The translations under genes were made by a program, and so were the position numbers. DNA of 39,700 bases, from assembly GCF_006345805.1 (NCBI RefSeq), contig NW_021835323.1, positions 1 to 39,700 on the forward strand, read 5' to 3'. This DNA comes from Octopus sinensis. Lineage: Eukaryota. The notes below the pieces were generated by a model. That model did no database searches and had not been told where the DNA came from. It was given only the letters and a program-made list of their open reading frames with translations. This document shows positions 1 through 9,775 of the stretch, one piece after another; position 1 is the first letter of the stretch, and each line of letters begins with the position of its first letter.

Positions 1-38
1 CTGTATGGCATTTAGCATAGTTTTATTTACATACTTAC

Positions 39-67
39 TGTTCATTCGACTCCGCGGTCAGCAACTG
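39..67 (-). CDS. Candidate 29-nt microexon of the PDZ gene; gives ...VP-AVADRGVE* after the 427-nt exon
   Basis: Acceptor ggtttgttgcattctgtttag|CAG and donor ACA|gtaagt are both near consensus. The phase-1 reading stops 3 nt before the donor; the phase-0 reading (QLLTAESNE) is open. Confidence 0.55.
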
Positions 68-420
68 CTAAACAGAATGCAACAAACCAATTAAAATTTT
101 TCCGTGATAATTAAAATCTGATTGTTGATTGCCTTTAATCCAGAAACAAATAAATATATTTTCATATACTTGAATATATAAAAATAATGAAATAGCAGTT
201 TCTTTTTTCGTTTTTAAGTTTTAACATTTTAGGTTTTGCATTCTGCAGGCGACAAAATTTAATTTAAATGGCGGTACCCCAGCATGGCCACAGCTCATGA
301 GCTGAAACTGGAAAATTAAAATCAAATCAAATCATACATAATTCCATACAAATTAGTATAATTGACCAACTGTAGGTTCGTAAGTAAAACTGTACTTACT
401 ACTACTACTACTACAACTAT

Positions 421-832
421 TCTTTTACTCTTTTACTTGTTTCAGTCATTTGACTGCGGCCATGCTGGTGCACCGCCTTTAGTCGAGCAAACCGACCCCA
501 GGACTTATTCTTTGTAAGCCTGGTACTTATTCTATCGGTCTCTTTTACCGAACCGCTAAGTTACAGGGACGTAAACACACCAGCATCGGTTGTCAAGCAA
601 TATTGGGTGGTGGGGACAAACACACAAACACACACGCATATATATATATTATATATATATATATATATATACGACGGGCTTCTTTCAGTTTCCGTCTACC
701 AAATCCACTCACAAGGCTTTGGTCGGCCCGAGGCTACAGTAGAAGACACTTGCCCAAGATGCCACACAGTGGGACTGAACCCGGAACCATGTGGTTGGTA
801 AGCAAGTTACTTGCCACACAGCCACTCCTGCA
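421..832 (-). mobile_element. SINE family C (tRNA-like head, CORE-like segment, internal (TA)n, (GTAAAAGA)n tail)
   Basis: Reverse complement of the copies at 2706 and 33160; ccttgggcaagtgtctt resembles the CORE domain. Confidence 0.85.
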
Positions 833-1045
833 CCTACTACTATTACTACTACTACTAGTACGTCGACGACAGATGTTCCTTTCATCATATTGCTTCTGTA
901 CAAAACAATTTTTAGGTTGCGCCTACTTAGACATTAGTACACTCAAAAAATGCAATAAATTATCAGGCCGACCTTGGCAGGATTTGAACCCTATATATTC
1001 TCCAGTAATCTACAAGATAACGATTCCTTTGTGTTAACTACTGTA

Positions 1046-1086
<41 letters not shown>

Positions 1087-1436
1087 AACTCAAGAGTACG
1101 TCCCAATCAGAGTACCAGCACTCTTTTACATTTCTGTGGTATATGTAGCCTCGTCTTTCGTTGATTCGTTCATCACTGATCGATATAACACGGTAAGCTC
1201 AGTTGTGAACTACGTCACACTTATCACGGATTTATCTGTGATAATACAAGTCAGCGATCACATTCAGATTCCACTAGTATCAGAAAAACGCATGCTACAC
1301 ACTCAAATATAAGACCTAATGGCTATAGTTAGAACAGCTCTAATTGATAGGCCACTATATTAGCAGAACCGAAGCAACACTAAGAAATGTTCATTTCCTT
1401 ATTAATGAATTCTTTGAATACATATTTAGCCTTAAA

Positions 1437-1666
1437 GGCGAGCTGGTAGAAACGTTAGCACGCCGGGCGAAATGCGTAACCGTATTTCGTCTGCCGTTAC
1501 GTTCTGAGTTCAAATTCCGCCGAGGTCGACTTTGTCTTTCATCCTTTCGGGGTCGATAAATTAAGTACCAGTTACGCACTGGGGTTGATGTAATCGACTT
1601 AATCCGTTTGTCTGTCCTTGTTTGTCCCCTCTGTGTGTAGCCCCTTGTGGGTTGTAAAGAAACACT
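1437..1666 (+). mobile_element. SINE family A monomer
   Basis: A-box-like TGGTAGAAACG and B-box-like GAGTTCAAATTCC; 14-bp TSD tatttagccttaaa at 1423-1436 and 1667-1680. Confidence 0.9.
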
Positions 1667-1832
1667 TATTTAGCCTTAAAAGGTTACAGTAGCCCGAACA
1701 CTGGATTTGTGTGTGTTCCTGTCAATTGTGTTCCCTTGCAACAGCATTTTCATTTCCTTTGGGGATTTCTTCCAATATAATTTATTTATGGAGGCAGGTA
1801 ATCAATGTAAAGCAATTATCAACTGGATTGTA

Positions 1833-2398
1833 TTGGATTGTCCGGAAAGTTCGTGCCGATTTATAGTAGCTTACCTTTCGACTTATTTTAGAACATGGTT
1901 GAGTTCATAAAACAGGATTTGACTACATCTCCATTTAGAGCACAGTTTAAGCTATCTTTTCGTGGAAGAAGGTTTATATTCCTATAACCTGTGTTAATTC
2001 TGTAACCCTTTAAAATGGAAGATAAGAAAGTTCATTTTCGGTACTTGATGCTTTGGGAACCAGACAAAATTTCCTGCAACTCGGCTGGGATGTGTTACCC
2101 CACCATCTATATTCACCAGATATTGCTCCTTCGGATTCCCACTTATTCAGGTCTCTGCAGAATAGTCTTAATGGTAAAAATTTCAATTTCTTGGATGACG
2201 TAAAAAGATACCTTGATGAATTCTTTGCCATGAAACCACCTCAATTCTGGGAAGAGGGTATTTTCAAGTTAAAGGAAAGATGGAGACACATTGTGCAACA
2301 AAATGGTTCATATTTGGTTGATTAAAAATGTAATGGCAAGTATTTATTGACCTTTTTCTTTCCTTTAAAAATCGGCACGAACTTTCCGGACAACCCAA
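1833..2398 (+). mobile_element. Internally deleted mariner (Tc1/mariner), 566 bp
   Basis: About 30-bp TIRs ttgg(g/a)ttgtccggaaagttcgtgccgattt with TA on both flanks. Transposase N-terminus MEDKKVHFRYLMLWE is fused out of frame to the C-terminus containing YSPDIAPSD. Confidence 0.93.
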
Positions 2399-2418
2399 TA
2401 ATATATTACAAGTAACAA

Positions 2419-2643
2419 GGCTGCGAACTGGCAGAAACGTTAGAGCGTCGGGCAAAATGCTCAGTGGCATTTCGTCCGTCTTCCCGTTTTGAGTTCAAAT
2501 TCCGTTGAGGTTGACTTTGCCTTTCATCTTTTCTGGGGTCGATAAAATAAGAACTAGTCGAGTACTGGGGGGGGGTCGATGTAATCGACTTACCTCAACC
2601 CCCCGAAATTTCAGGCTTTGTGCCTACAGTAGAAAAGAATATA
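2419..2643 (+). mobile_element. SINE family A, older variant with a different 3' end
   Basis: Same head and gactttgcctttcatc core; caagtaaca repeated on both flanks (2409-2417, 2647-2655). Confidence 0.8.
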
Positions 2644-2705
2644 TTTCAAGTAACACAAGTCTACCTGTGTCAATCAGCCATATTAGATTTAACTGCAGCA
2701 TGGCA

Positions 2706-3113
2706 CAGGAGTGGCTGTGTGGTAAGTAGCTTGCTAACCAACCACATGGTTCCGGGTTCAGTCCAACTGCGTGGCATCTTGGGCAAGTGTCTTCTGCTAT
2801 AGCCCTGGGCCGACCAATGCCTTGTGAATGGATTTGGTAGACGGAAACTGAAAGAAGCCTGTCGTATATATATATATATATGTATGTATGTGTGTGTTTG
2901 TGTGTCTGTGTTTGTCCCCCTAGCATTGCTTGACAACCGATGCTGGTGTATTTACGTCCCCGTCACTTAGCGGTTCGGCAAAAGAGACCGATAGAATAAG
3001 TACTGGGCTTACAAAGAATAAGTCCCGGGGTCGATTTGCTCGACTAAAGGCGGTGCTCCAGCATGGCTGCAGTCAAATGACTGAAACAAGTAAAAGAGTA
3101 AAGAGTAAAAGAG
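2706..3113 (+). mobile_element. SINE family C
   Basis: Full-length copy from caggagtggctgtgtgg to the gtaaaagag tail. Confidence 0.87.
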
Positions 3114-3237
3114 TATGGCTGCTCGACCTGTTAGAAAAGACAGCTAAACTTCTTTCAAATCACACGCTGGACGTGACAGTTATAATTACAAATTTGATCA
3201 TGCCTAGGATTAAACACCAACGATTTTTTTTCTTGTT

Positions 3238-3420
3238 TTGGAACACGGTCTATAAATTTGAGAGGATAGGACAAATTGATTACATCGTCCCCAGTGCATA
3301 ACTGGTACTTACTTTATCGACCCTGAAAATATGAAACGCAAAGTAGACCTCAGCGGGATTTAAACTAAGAGGGTAAATATGGACGAAACGCTGCATAGCA
3401 TTTTAGACGGCATGCTGACA
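3238..3420 (-). mobile_element. Degenerate SINE family A
   Basis: Diverged reverse-complement match to the A core (ccccagtgcataactggtac...atcgaccc). Confidence 0.7.
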
Positions 3421-3446
3421 ACAACAACAGCAACAACAACAACACA

Positions 3447-3625
3447 GTGGAGGCGCAATGTCCCAGTGGTTAGGGCAGCGGACTCGCGGTCATAAGTACG
3501 CGGTTTCGATTCCCAGGCATTGTGAGTGTTTATTGAGCAAAAACACCTAAGCTCCACAAGGCACCGGGGGGGGGCGTGAACCCCACTGTACTCTTTCATC
3601 GTAACCTTCTCTCATTGTTTCCTCA
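3447..3625 (+). mobile_element. SINE family B, 5' part
   Basis: tRNA-like head ggaggcgcaatgtcccagtggttagggcagcgg; similarity is lost after about 170 bp. Confidence 0.8.
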
Positions 3626-3871
3626 TACTTCTGCCACAAAGCAGAGGAACCATGGTGTGGTAAAACTTTCAGACACTAGTCTAGATTGCGAATCATCTGT
3701 ACCCCCAGGATGGTTCAGCTCTCCACCCGTTGAAAGCCACCGTTTACGGAATGAGGATAACAACGTAGCTTTCGCGCCCGTGCAACCGCCAAGTCTATCA
3801 TGCATTCTTAGTAGCTTAGAGTAGGCTCGAATTAGAGATTATTCTTTGTGGCTAATGGCGTGAGTCCTGAT

Positions 3872-3945
3872 TGGAAGAAGAAGCAGAAGAAGAAGAAGAA
3901 GCAGAAGAGAAGAAGAAGGAAGAAGAAGAAGAAGAAGAAGAAGAG
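3872..3945. repeat. (GAA)n-rich microsatellite just downstream of the exon donor
   Basis: Directly visible gaagaagaagcagaag... tract. Confidence 0.9.
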
Positions 3946-3982
3946 CAACAACAACGACGATAAAATAGCATTCACAACTTAC

Positions 3983-4409
3983 CAGGGACAAAGTCCTGTT
4001 TGCTAAACTGGTTCCTCCTCTGACTGACGGGCAAAAACTCGTACTCATCATCTTCCTCTTCAGGTTTCGGTGGAACGAAGGAAGGGAAAGGATCGATGTA
4101 GGACGAATCACTGGGTGGAGGAGGGCCTGGTACGTAAGCCGGTGGAGCCACATGTTGATAGTGAACGGGGGGTCCACCATTGTAGCTGCTCACTTGGTAT
4201 TGCGATCTGTGCGCCAGAGTGTCCTGGACTTTATGAAGCATCTCGTTATCTTCCCATGGTTTGCTGCTCTGTCTTTGCACGCCAGCTGGTGGTGTATAAC
4301 TGACACCATAGCTAGGTCCACCACCGCCATATTTCATCCCACCCTTTGGTACGTGTGGATGTGCCATTTTAGTCGGTCCTTCAAGATCTAATGGAACTGT
4401 ACGATATGT
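3983..4409 (-). CDS. Internal exon of the PDZ gene (TYRTVPLDLEGP...GGGGPSYGVSY...EFLPVSQRRNQF)
   Basis: Acceptor aaaattccag|ACA and donor CCTG|gtaagt; 427 nt, phase 0 to 1. Q|TYRTVPL and MLHKVQDTL recall the linker preceding the ZM motif in insect Zasp66 (from memory, not aligned). Confidence 0.88.
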
Positions 4410-4753
4410 CTGGAATTTTAATCAGGTGTTTTGGATTTTCGGTCAGGATTTCATTGTCAGATTTTATTAGTTCCATTAATATTTCAGTGAGGTTGTTTTG
4501 GTGTAGATTTAGTGACATTTTCGTGAGGTTTCAGGTGACAGCATCAATGAGAATTGTTTAAAAAAGATGAAAAGAGAAAAGAAATTAAAAATTAATTGAA
4601 TTTGGAGTAAAATATATCGGAGAATTATTTAATTCCTGGAAAACAATCAGTGGACATACAGGTGTGTTTGTGACTTCTTGAATATGGCTTCATTTTAAGT
4701 GTATGTGAGTGTGTGTATATATATATATATATGTATATATATATGTATATATA

Positions 4754-4883
4754 CAGGGTGTCCCCAAAAATGTATACACATAGTGGTTCGGCAAAAGAGA
4801 ACGATAGAATAAGTACTAGGCTTACAAAGAATAACAAATTTACAATTATTTAAAGTGTGTATACATTTTTTTGGAACACCCTG
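4754..4883. mobile_element. Tc1/mariner-type MITE, 130 bp
   Basis: About 27-bp TIRs cagggtgt(c/t)cc...aaaaatgtatacaca with TA flanks. Confidence 0.85.
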
Positions 4884-5260
4884 TATATATATATATGCGT
4901 TTGTGTATATATGTGTGTGTGCGTGTACGTGCACATATGTGTGTGTCTGTACATATATGTGTGTGTACATATGTGTATTTGTGTATATATATGTGTGTGT
5001 GTACATATGTGTATTTGTGTATATATATGTGTGTGTGTACATATGTGTATTTGTGTATATATATGTGTGTGTGTACATATGTGTATTTGTGTATATATAT
5101 GTGTGTGTGTACATATATTTGTATATATATATGTGTGTGTGTACATATATTTGTATATATATATATGTGTGTGTGTACATATGTTTGTGTGTGTGTATAT
5201 ATTATATACTATATTATATATATTTGTATATATATATATATGTGTGTGTGTACATATGTT

Positions 5261-5299
<39 letters not shown>

Positions 5300-5340
5300 C
5301 TATATATATATAATTATATACGTGTGTGTGTGTGTGTGGT
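4884..5340. repeat. 36-bp-period TA/TG-derived minisatellite
   Basis: Unit gtgtatatatatgtgtgtgtgtacatatgtgtattt recurs (4981, 5017, ...) and produces the VYIYVCVYICVF pseudo-ORFs. Confidence 0.92.
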
Positions 5341-5704
5341 GTGTGTGTACTTATTGAATATTGTATTCTTTCTTCAATATTACTTTAAATATCATTATTA
5401 TTATCATTATCATTATTATAATTATTGTTGTTACTACTACTATTACTACTACTATCAATAATAAGAATGATACAAGATTAAAATTACTTGCATAGAAAAA
5501 TACACATGGTTTTTCCTACATCTACATGTGTGCGTTTCTGTGTAATTACTTACATTTCTCTATGGCTGTATACGCGGATACACATGTACATTGATGCATG
5601 TGGGACTACATGTACGTGTGCATGTTCGCAGAGGGGTGCATGCTCGTGGTCTATACATGATGCAATTGTTAGCTGAGGACAACTGCTACGCACTATGAAA
5701 ATAC

Positions 5705-5747
<43 letters not shown>

Positions 5748-5907
5748 CCCCTCCCCCCATACTATTGCTGAGGGAGGCTGAGGAGTATAGATCTTGTTTA
5801 TGGGCCCTCAACTCGCGGCTGCAGGAATGCCTGCAAGGGGCAAGAAAGTCGATTGGGGATGAGGACTCATTTGTGTGACAGGTTTATCGCCTCATTATAC
5901 GTATTAA

Positions 5908-6298
5908 GTGTGGAGGCGCAATGGCCCAGTGGTTAGGGCAGCGGACTCGCGGTCGCAGGATCGCGGTTTCGATTCCCAGACCGGGCGTTGTGAGTGCTTA
6001 TTGAGCGAAAACACCTAAAGCTCCACGAGGCTCCGGCAGGGGATGGTGGTGATCCCTGCTGTACTCTTTCACCACAACTTTCTCTCACTCTTACTTCCTG
6101 TTTCTGTTGTACCTGTATTTCAAAGGGCCGGCCTTGTCACTCTCTGTGTCACGCTGAATATCCCCGAGAACTATGTTATGGGTACACGTGTCTGTGGAGT
6201 GCTCAGCCACTTACACGTTAATTTCACGAGCAGGCTGTTCCGTTGATTCGGATCAACCGGAACCCTCGTCGTCGTAACCGACGGAGTGCTTCCTTTCC
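5908..6298 (+). mobile_element. SINE family B, full length
   Basis: tRNA-like head; 10-bp TSD tacgtattaa at 5898-5907 and 6299-6308. Confidence 0.92.
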
Positions 6299-7652
6299 TA
6301 CGTATTAAATTGTTTGTATTTGTAACGGACTCTTTAGTCCATAAACTGGAACACTTGTAAAATTGTAAGAGGGTTAATACTTCATTCAGTGCTTTTTTAA
6401 AAAGAACAATGTTTTAGAGAAGCAAAAGTCGGCGGGCGCTTTCCGTCTTCTCCCATCCTTATCATCCTTGTATCATTATCATTCACCTCATTAATGTCCG
6501 TGTCCAGCCCGCAAGCTACCTTACTCTCTCTGCTGCCTATATGGCAAATTTTAATAAGATAATGTAGTGCCATGAACTTGTCCAGGAATACTAATATATA
6601 GTGTGTATAAATACAGGTAACATACATAGTATTTGAGTACTCTTTTTTCCACCTTGTTTCACATTAATGTGCTTACCCGGTATATATACATATAATATAT
6701 ATATATAATATATATATATAACATATAATTGAATAAAGGTAGAAATTGATATTAATCAATTAAAACCAGTGGCTTAGCATATTAAGAAAATCCGAAGATT
6801 AAAATTTCGTGGAAAATAGCGATTTTGACGTCTATATCTAGCATATTGACCGTCCACTTTTAGTGGTCAGTCCTTTAAATTTTATATATATATATATGTG
6901 TGTGTGTGTATATATATGTCTATGAGTGTGTGCGCGTATAAATGTATATTTACGCATATATATGTATATATGTATATGCATATGTATGTATATATGTATA
7001 TTAATAATAATACCCATTATATAAGGGAAAACCTGATGAGCAGATTATATTACCAACACTCTACACTAAATAACTTCAAGATTTATAATGGACAACAGAT
7101 TCTTATACTAGCAACGACCATAATAATATGCTCGTTATACAGATGTGCTTTTGTAAAGTTTGTATATTATATATAGATATGTTTTTTTTTTTAAATACGT
7201 GCAGAATATGTCCTCAGTGTAACCATGCAACATTATATGACCACGGGTAACTATAAAAGTAATAACTAATAACTAAAACTGTAACTAAGCAACAAACATT
7301 TTCTCAAGAATTCCACAAAACAAACAAATAACCTTCGTGTGGGATGGTCCCAGGTTCCTCAAGAATTTCCTTTAATGAGTCTTACGGCGTTTTCTTTCTC
7401 TAAACGGCTTAGCATTTGTGGCTTTCAACAATTGTTGATAGTATAGTTACCGTTTGCAACTTCAACCGAGAATTGAAACTGTATTGCCCCTTCTGTTATT
7501 CAGAAATAACCTATACTTGGTAATTATTTTAGCTCCGGTGAAGAGATTAAACTCAAGTTATTTAGTCTCTGTTAGTTTTATGTATTTAAGTATGATTAAA
7601 ATTTCGTTTTTGGATTTGGTTTGCAAGATTCTTTATATGAGTTCGTGTGTTG

Positions 7653-7934
7653 AAGCATATTCTGTTGTGTCTGGGAAGAGTCATTCTCTTTTAGTGTCTT
7701 ATTATTTAACACACTCACCGTTGAAATTTCCACTTATTTCGTCTTTTTATTTTCCTGAAATTTGCGTTGCGTCTTGCAACCTTTTCAAGTCAAGACTATT
7801 GAAAAGGTTGCAAGACGCAACGAAAATTTTAGGATAATAAGAATAAGAAATAAGTGGAAATTTTACCGGTGAGTGTGTTAAATAATAAGGCACTAAAAGA
7901 GAATGACTCTCCCCAGACACAGCAGAATATGTTT
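7653..7934. repeat. Long foldback inverted repeat (arms about 135 bp, 10-nt loop)
   Basis: ...gcgttgcgtcttgcaaccttttcaa-gtcaagacta-ttgaaaaggttgcaagacgcaacg...; the arms continue with scattered mismatches. Confidence 0.92.
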
Positions 7935-8645
7935 AAAATGTACTATATATTACGTTTCTCGTGTTGCGCTAATTTGCAAAGCTTTAAAGCTTAAATTAAG
8001 TTCGGAGCTAAATGAAATTGTGATAGCATGACATAATGTAAGATCAAATGGTTTGTGACTCTTTAAACACAACAGATGTACATGTGATATAATATAAGAC
8101 AAGCACAATATTATATGTAATAACAAAACATGTATAAGTGTGATAAACATATAATGTGTGATAAAACACATGACGTTAGAAAATTTGATAAAATGTTAAA
8201 AACAAATTTTCTTTAATGAAAATGAAAATGAAAATTGCATGTTAAAACAGTGCAGCACGAGACAGGCGATTCAATGTCCTAGTAAAAGCAATGGCGGAAG
8301 TGGTGTGAGTAAAGAAATCGTTTTGAATACTTTATTATCAAAAGATTACTTGACACCTGTTTCTGGTACAGGAGAAACTGAATTCTATAAGAATAGAACC
8401 ATTTTGACCGAGGAGATACTGGTTCATAAGTTCAATTCCAATGCAAGGGAATGCTTCGGTGTCTGTAGAGTATCATATTTAATTCTCTATCGTCTCAAAT
8501 TAAGTTGTTGGAGAGAAATCCCATGTGATCAAAGGGGAGTGTTTTATTCAGAGAATGAGAGAGGGAGAGAGAGAGGAGGGGGGATCCTTGCGTTTAACAA
8601 AAAATGAAATTAAGATTCTTGGGTACGTGTTAAATGCCATATATA

Positions 8646-8861
8646 CGAAGGGGTGCTAAAATGTTCCTGGTTTTAAGGGTGTCGCGAAAGGCCTGGCTGG
8701 AGGCCCAGCCTTCCGAGTTCTTTTTCAGGGCTTAGAAAAACTGAAGGACCACTGCAATAAGTGTGTGATTCTGAGAGGAGAATATGTTGAATGAAATTAT
8801 AATCAACTGACCCTCCTGTATTTTCTTTTACCCAAAGCCAGGAATTTTCAGCACCTTCTCA
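8646..8861 (+). mobile_element. Mariner-derived MITE retaining the transposase C-terminus
   Basis: TIR-like ends cgaaggggtgctaaaatgttcctgg / ccaggaattttcagcaccttc; one frame reads QGLEKLKDHCNKCVILRGEYVE*. Confidence 0.75.
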
Positions 8862-9355
8862 TATATGTCTATATATATATATATAATATATGATGAGGAA
8901 GAGAGAGAGAGAGAAAGGAAAAGAAATTATGAAGGAGTTTGAGATTTAAAAAAAGGGTATTGCAAAACCAGTCGAAGAATTCGCGGTTCATAGATGTTCA
9001 TCATCAGTGAACTTCCTCAAAGATTAAGAAGTTTAACCCTTGAAAACTCACTCCACCCCACTAGGGTTCCAGGGAGAGAATCTGTTCACCTAGTTGAAGG
9101 GTTGAATTTTGAACGACGAAATGGAACCAACTGGTTTTTATCTGTAAGTTAGTCCTGGCTAATTGCTAATTATCAATCACATCTCGACAGGTTTATGATT
9201 GAGAAAGGAGTATCTTAAAAGCAGAACCTTCTGCATATACCCTGAGCCGTAAGCATTTCGAGAGTAACGTCTGATGTTATCATCTTTGCTAAGCATTTGA
9301 CATGATGTTTCTTCGTTTTTAGACTGGTTTACTTTAACAAAGTGAGTCCTGCGTG

Positions 9356-9394
<39 letters not shown>

Positions 9395-9433
9395 TAATAT
9401 ATATATATATATATATAAAATGAGCCCTGCGTG

Positions 9434-9478
<45 letters not shown>

Positions 9479-9573
9479 TCAATATAGGGTGGCAAAAAAT
9501 TTTGTAGAATTTTTTTGCCACCAGCGGCCTAGTGGGAAAAAAATTAAATAGTCATAGACCATTTTTAAGTTCA

Positions 9574-9775
9574 ACATCACAATCAGGAACGGCCATAATA
9601 GGCCGTTCACCCACTAGAAATAACAGCCAAAGCTTCAACCGCAAAATAACATCAATTCCGTAAACCAGGAAATTTTCTCCTGGTTTACGAAATTGATGTT
9701 ATTTTGCGGTTGAAGCTTTGGCTGTTATTTCTAGTGGGTGAACGGCCTATTATGGCCGTTCCTTGATTGTGATGT
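9574..9775. repeat. Near-perfect foldback (97/98-bp arms, 7-nt loop) with nested hairpins
   Basis: The arms differ by one substitution and one indel; each contains gaacggcc-N6-ggccgttc. Confidence 0.95.

Noticed and set aside
3972-4367. ORF-track start codons for the three real coding ORFs (also 13978 and 38728)
   Set aside because: Splice sites and phases show internal exons; the listed starts and ends run into intron.
4695-5461. Long ORFs of 98-196 aa (also 37229-37645, 20679-21236, 27416-27821)
   Set aside because: They are translations of TA/TG/CA/AAT micro- and minisatellites that happen to lack stops.
5908-5985. tRNA-like sequence at the heads of families A, B and C
   Set aside because: Each continues into a constant repeat body with TSDs and lacks a complete cloverleaf; these are SINE heads, not tRNA genes.
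6525-6536. Possible 12-nt in-frame microexon (AAER) between ...catatag and gtaagg
   Set aside because: Weak pyrimidine tract; such matches arise by chance and need junction reads.
9037-9101. Possible tiny piggyBac-like element (ttaa-ccctt...aaggg-ttga)
   Set aside because: The inverted repeat is too short and imperfect to distinguish from chance.
9343-9475. Duplicated tgag(t/c)cctgcgtgat followed by (TA)n; similar 15-bp duplication near 10148-10177
   Set aside because: Ordinary slippage duplications next to microsatellites or in decayed repeats.
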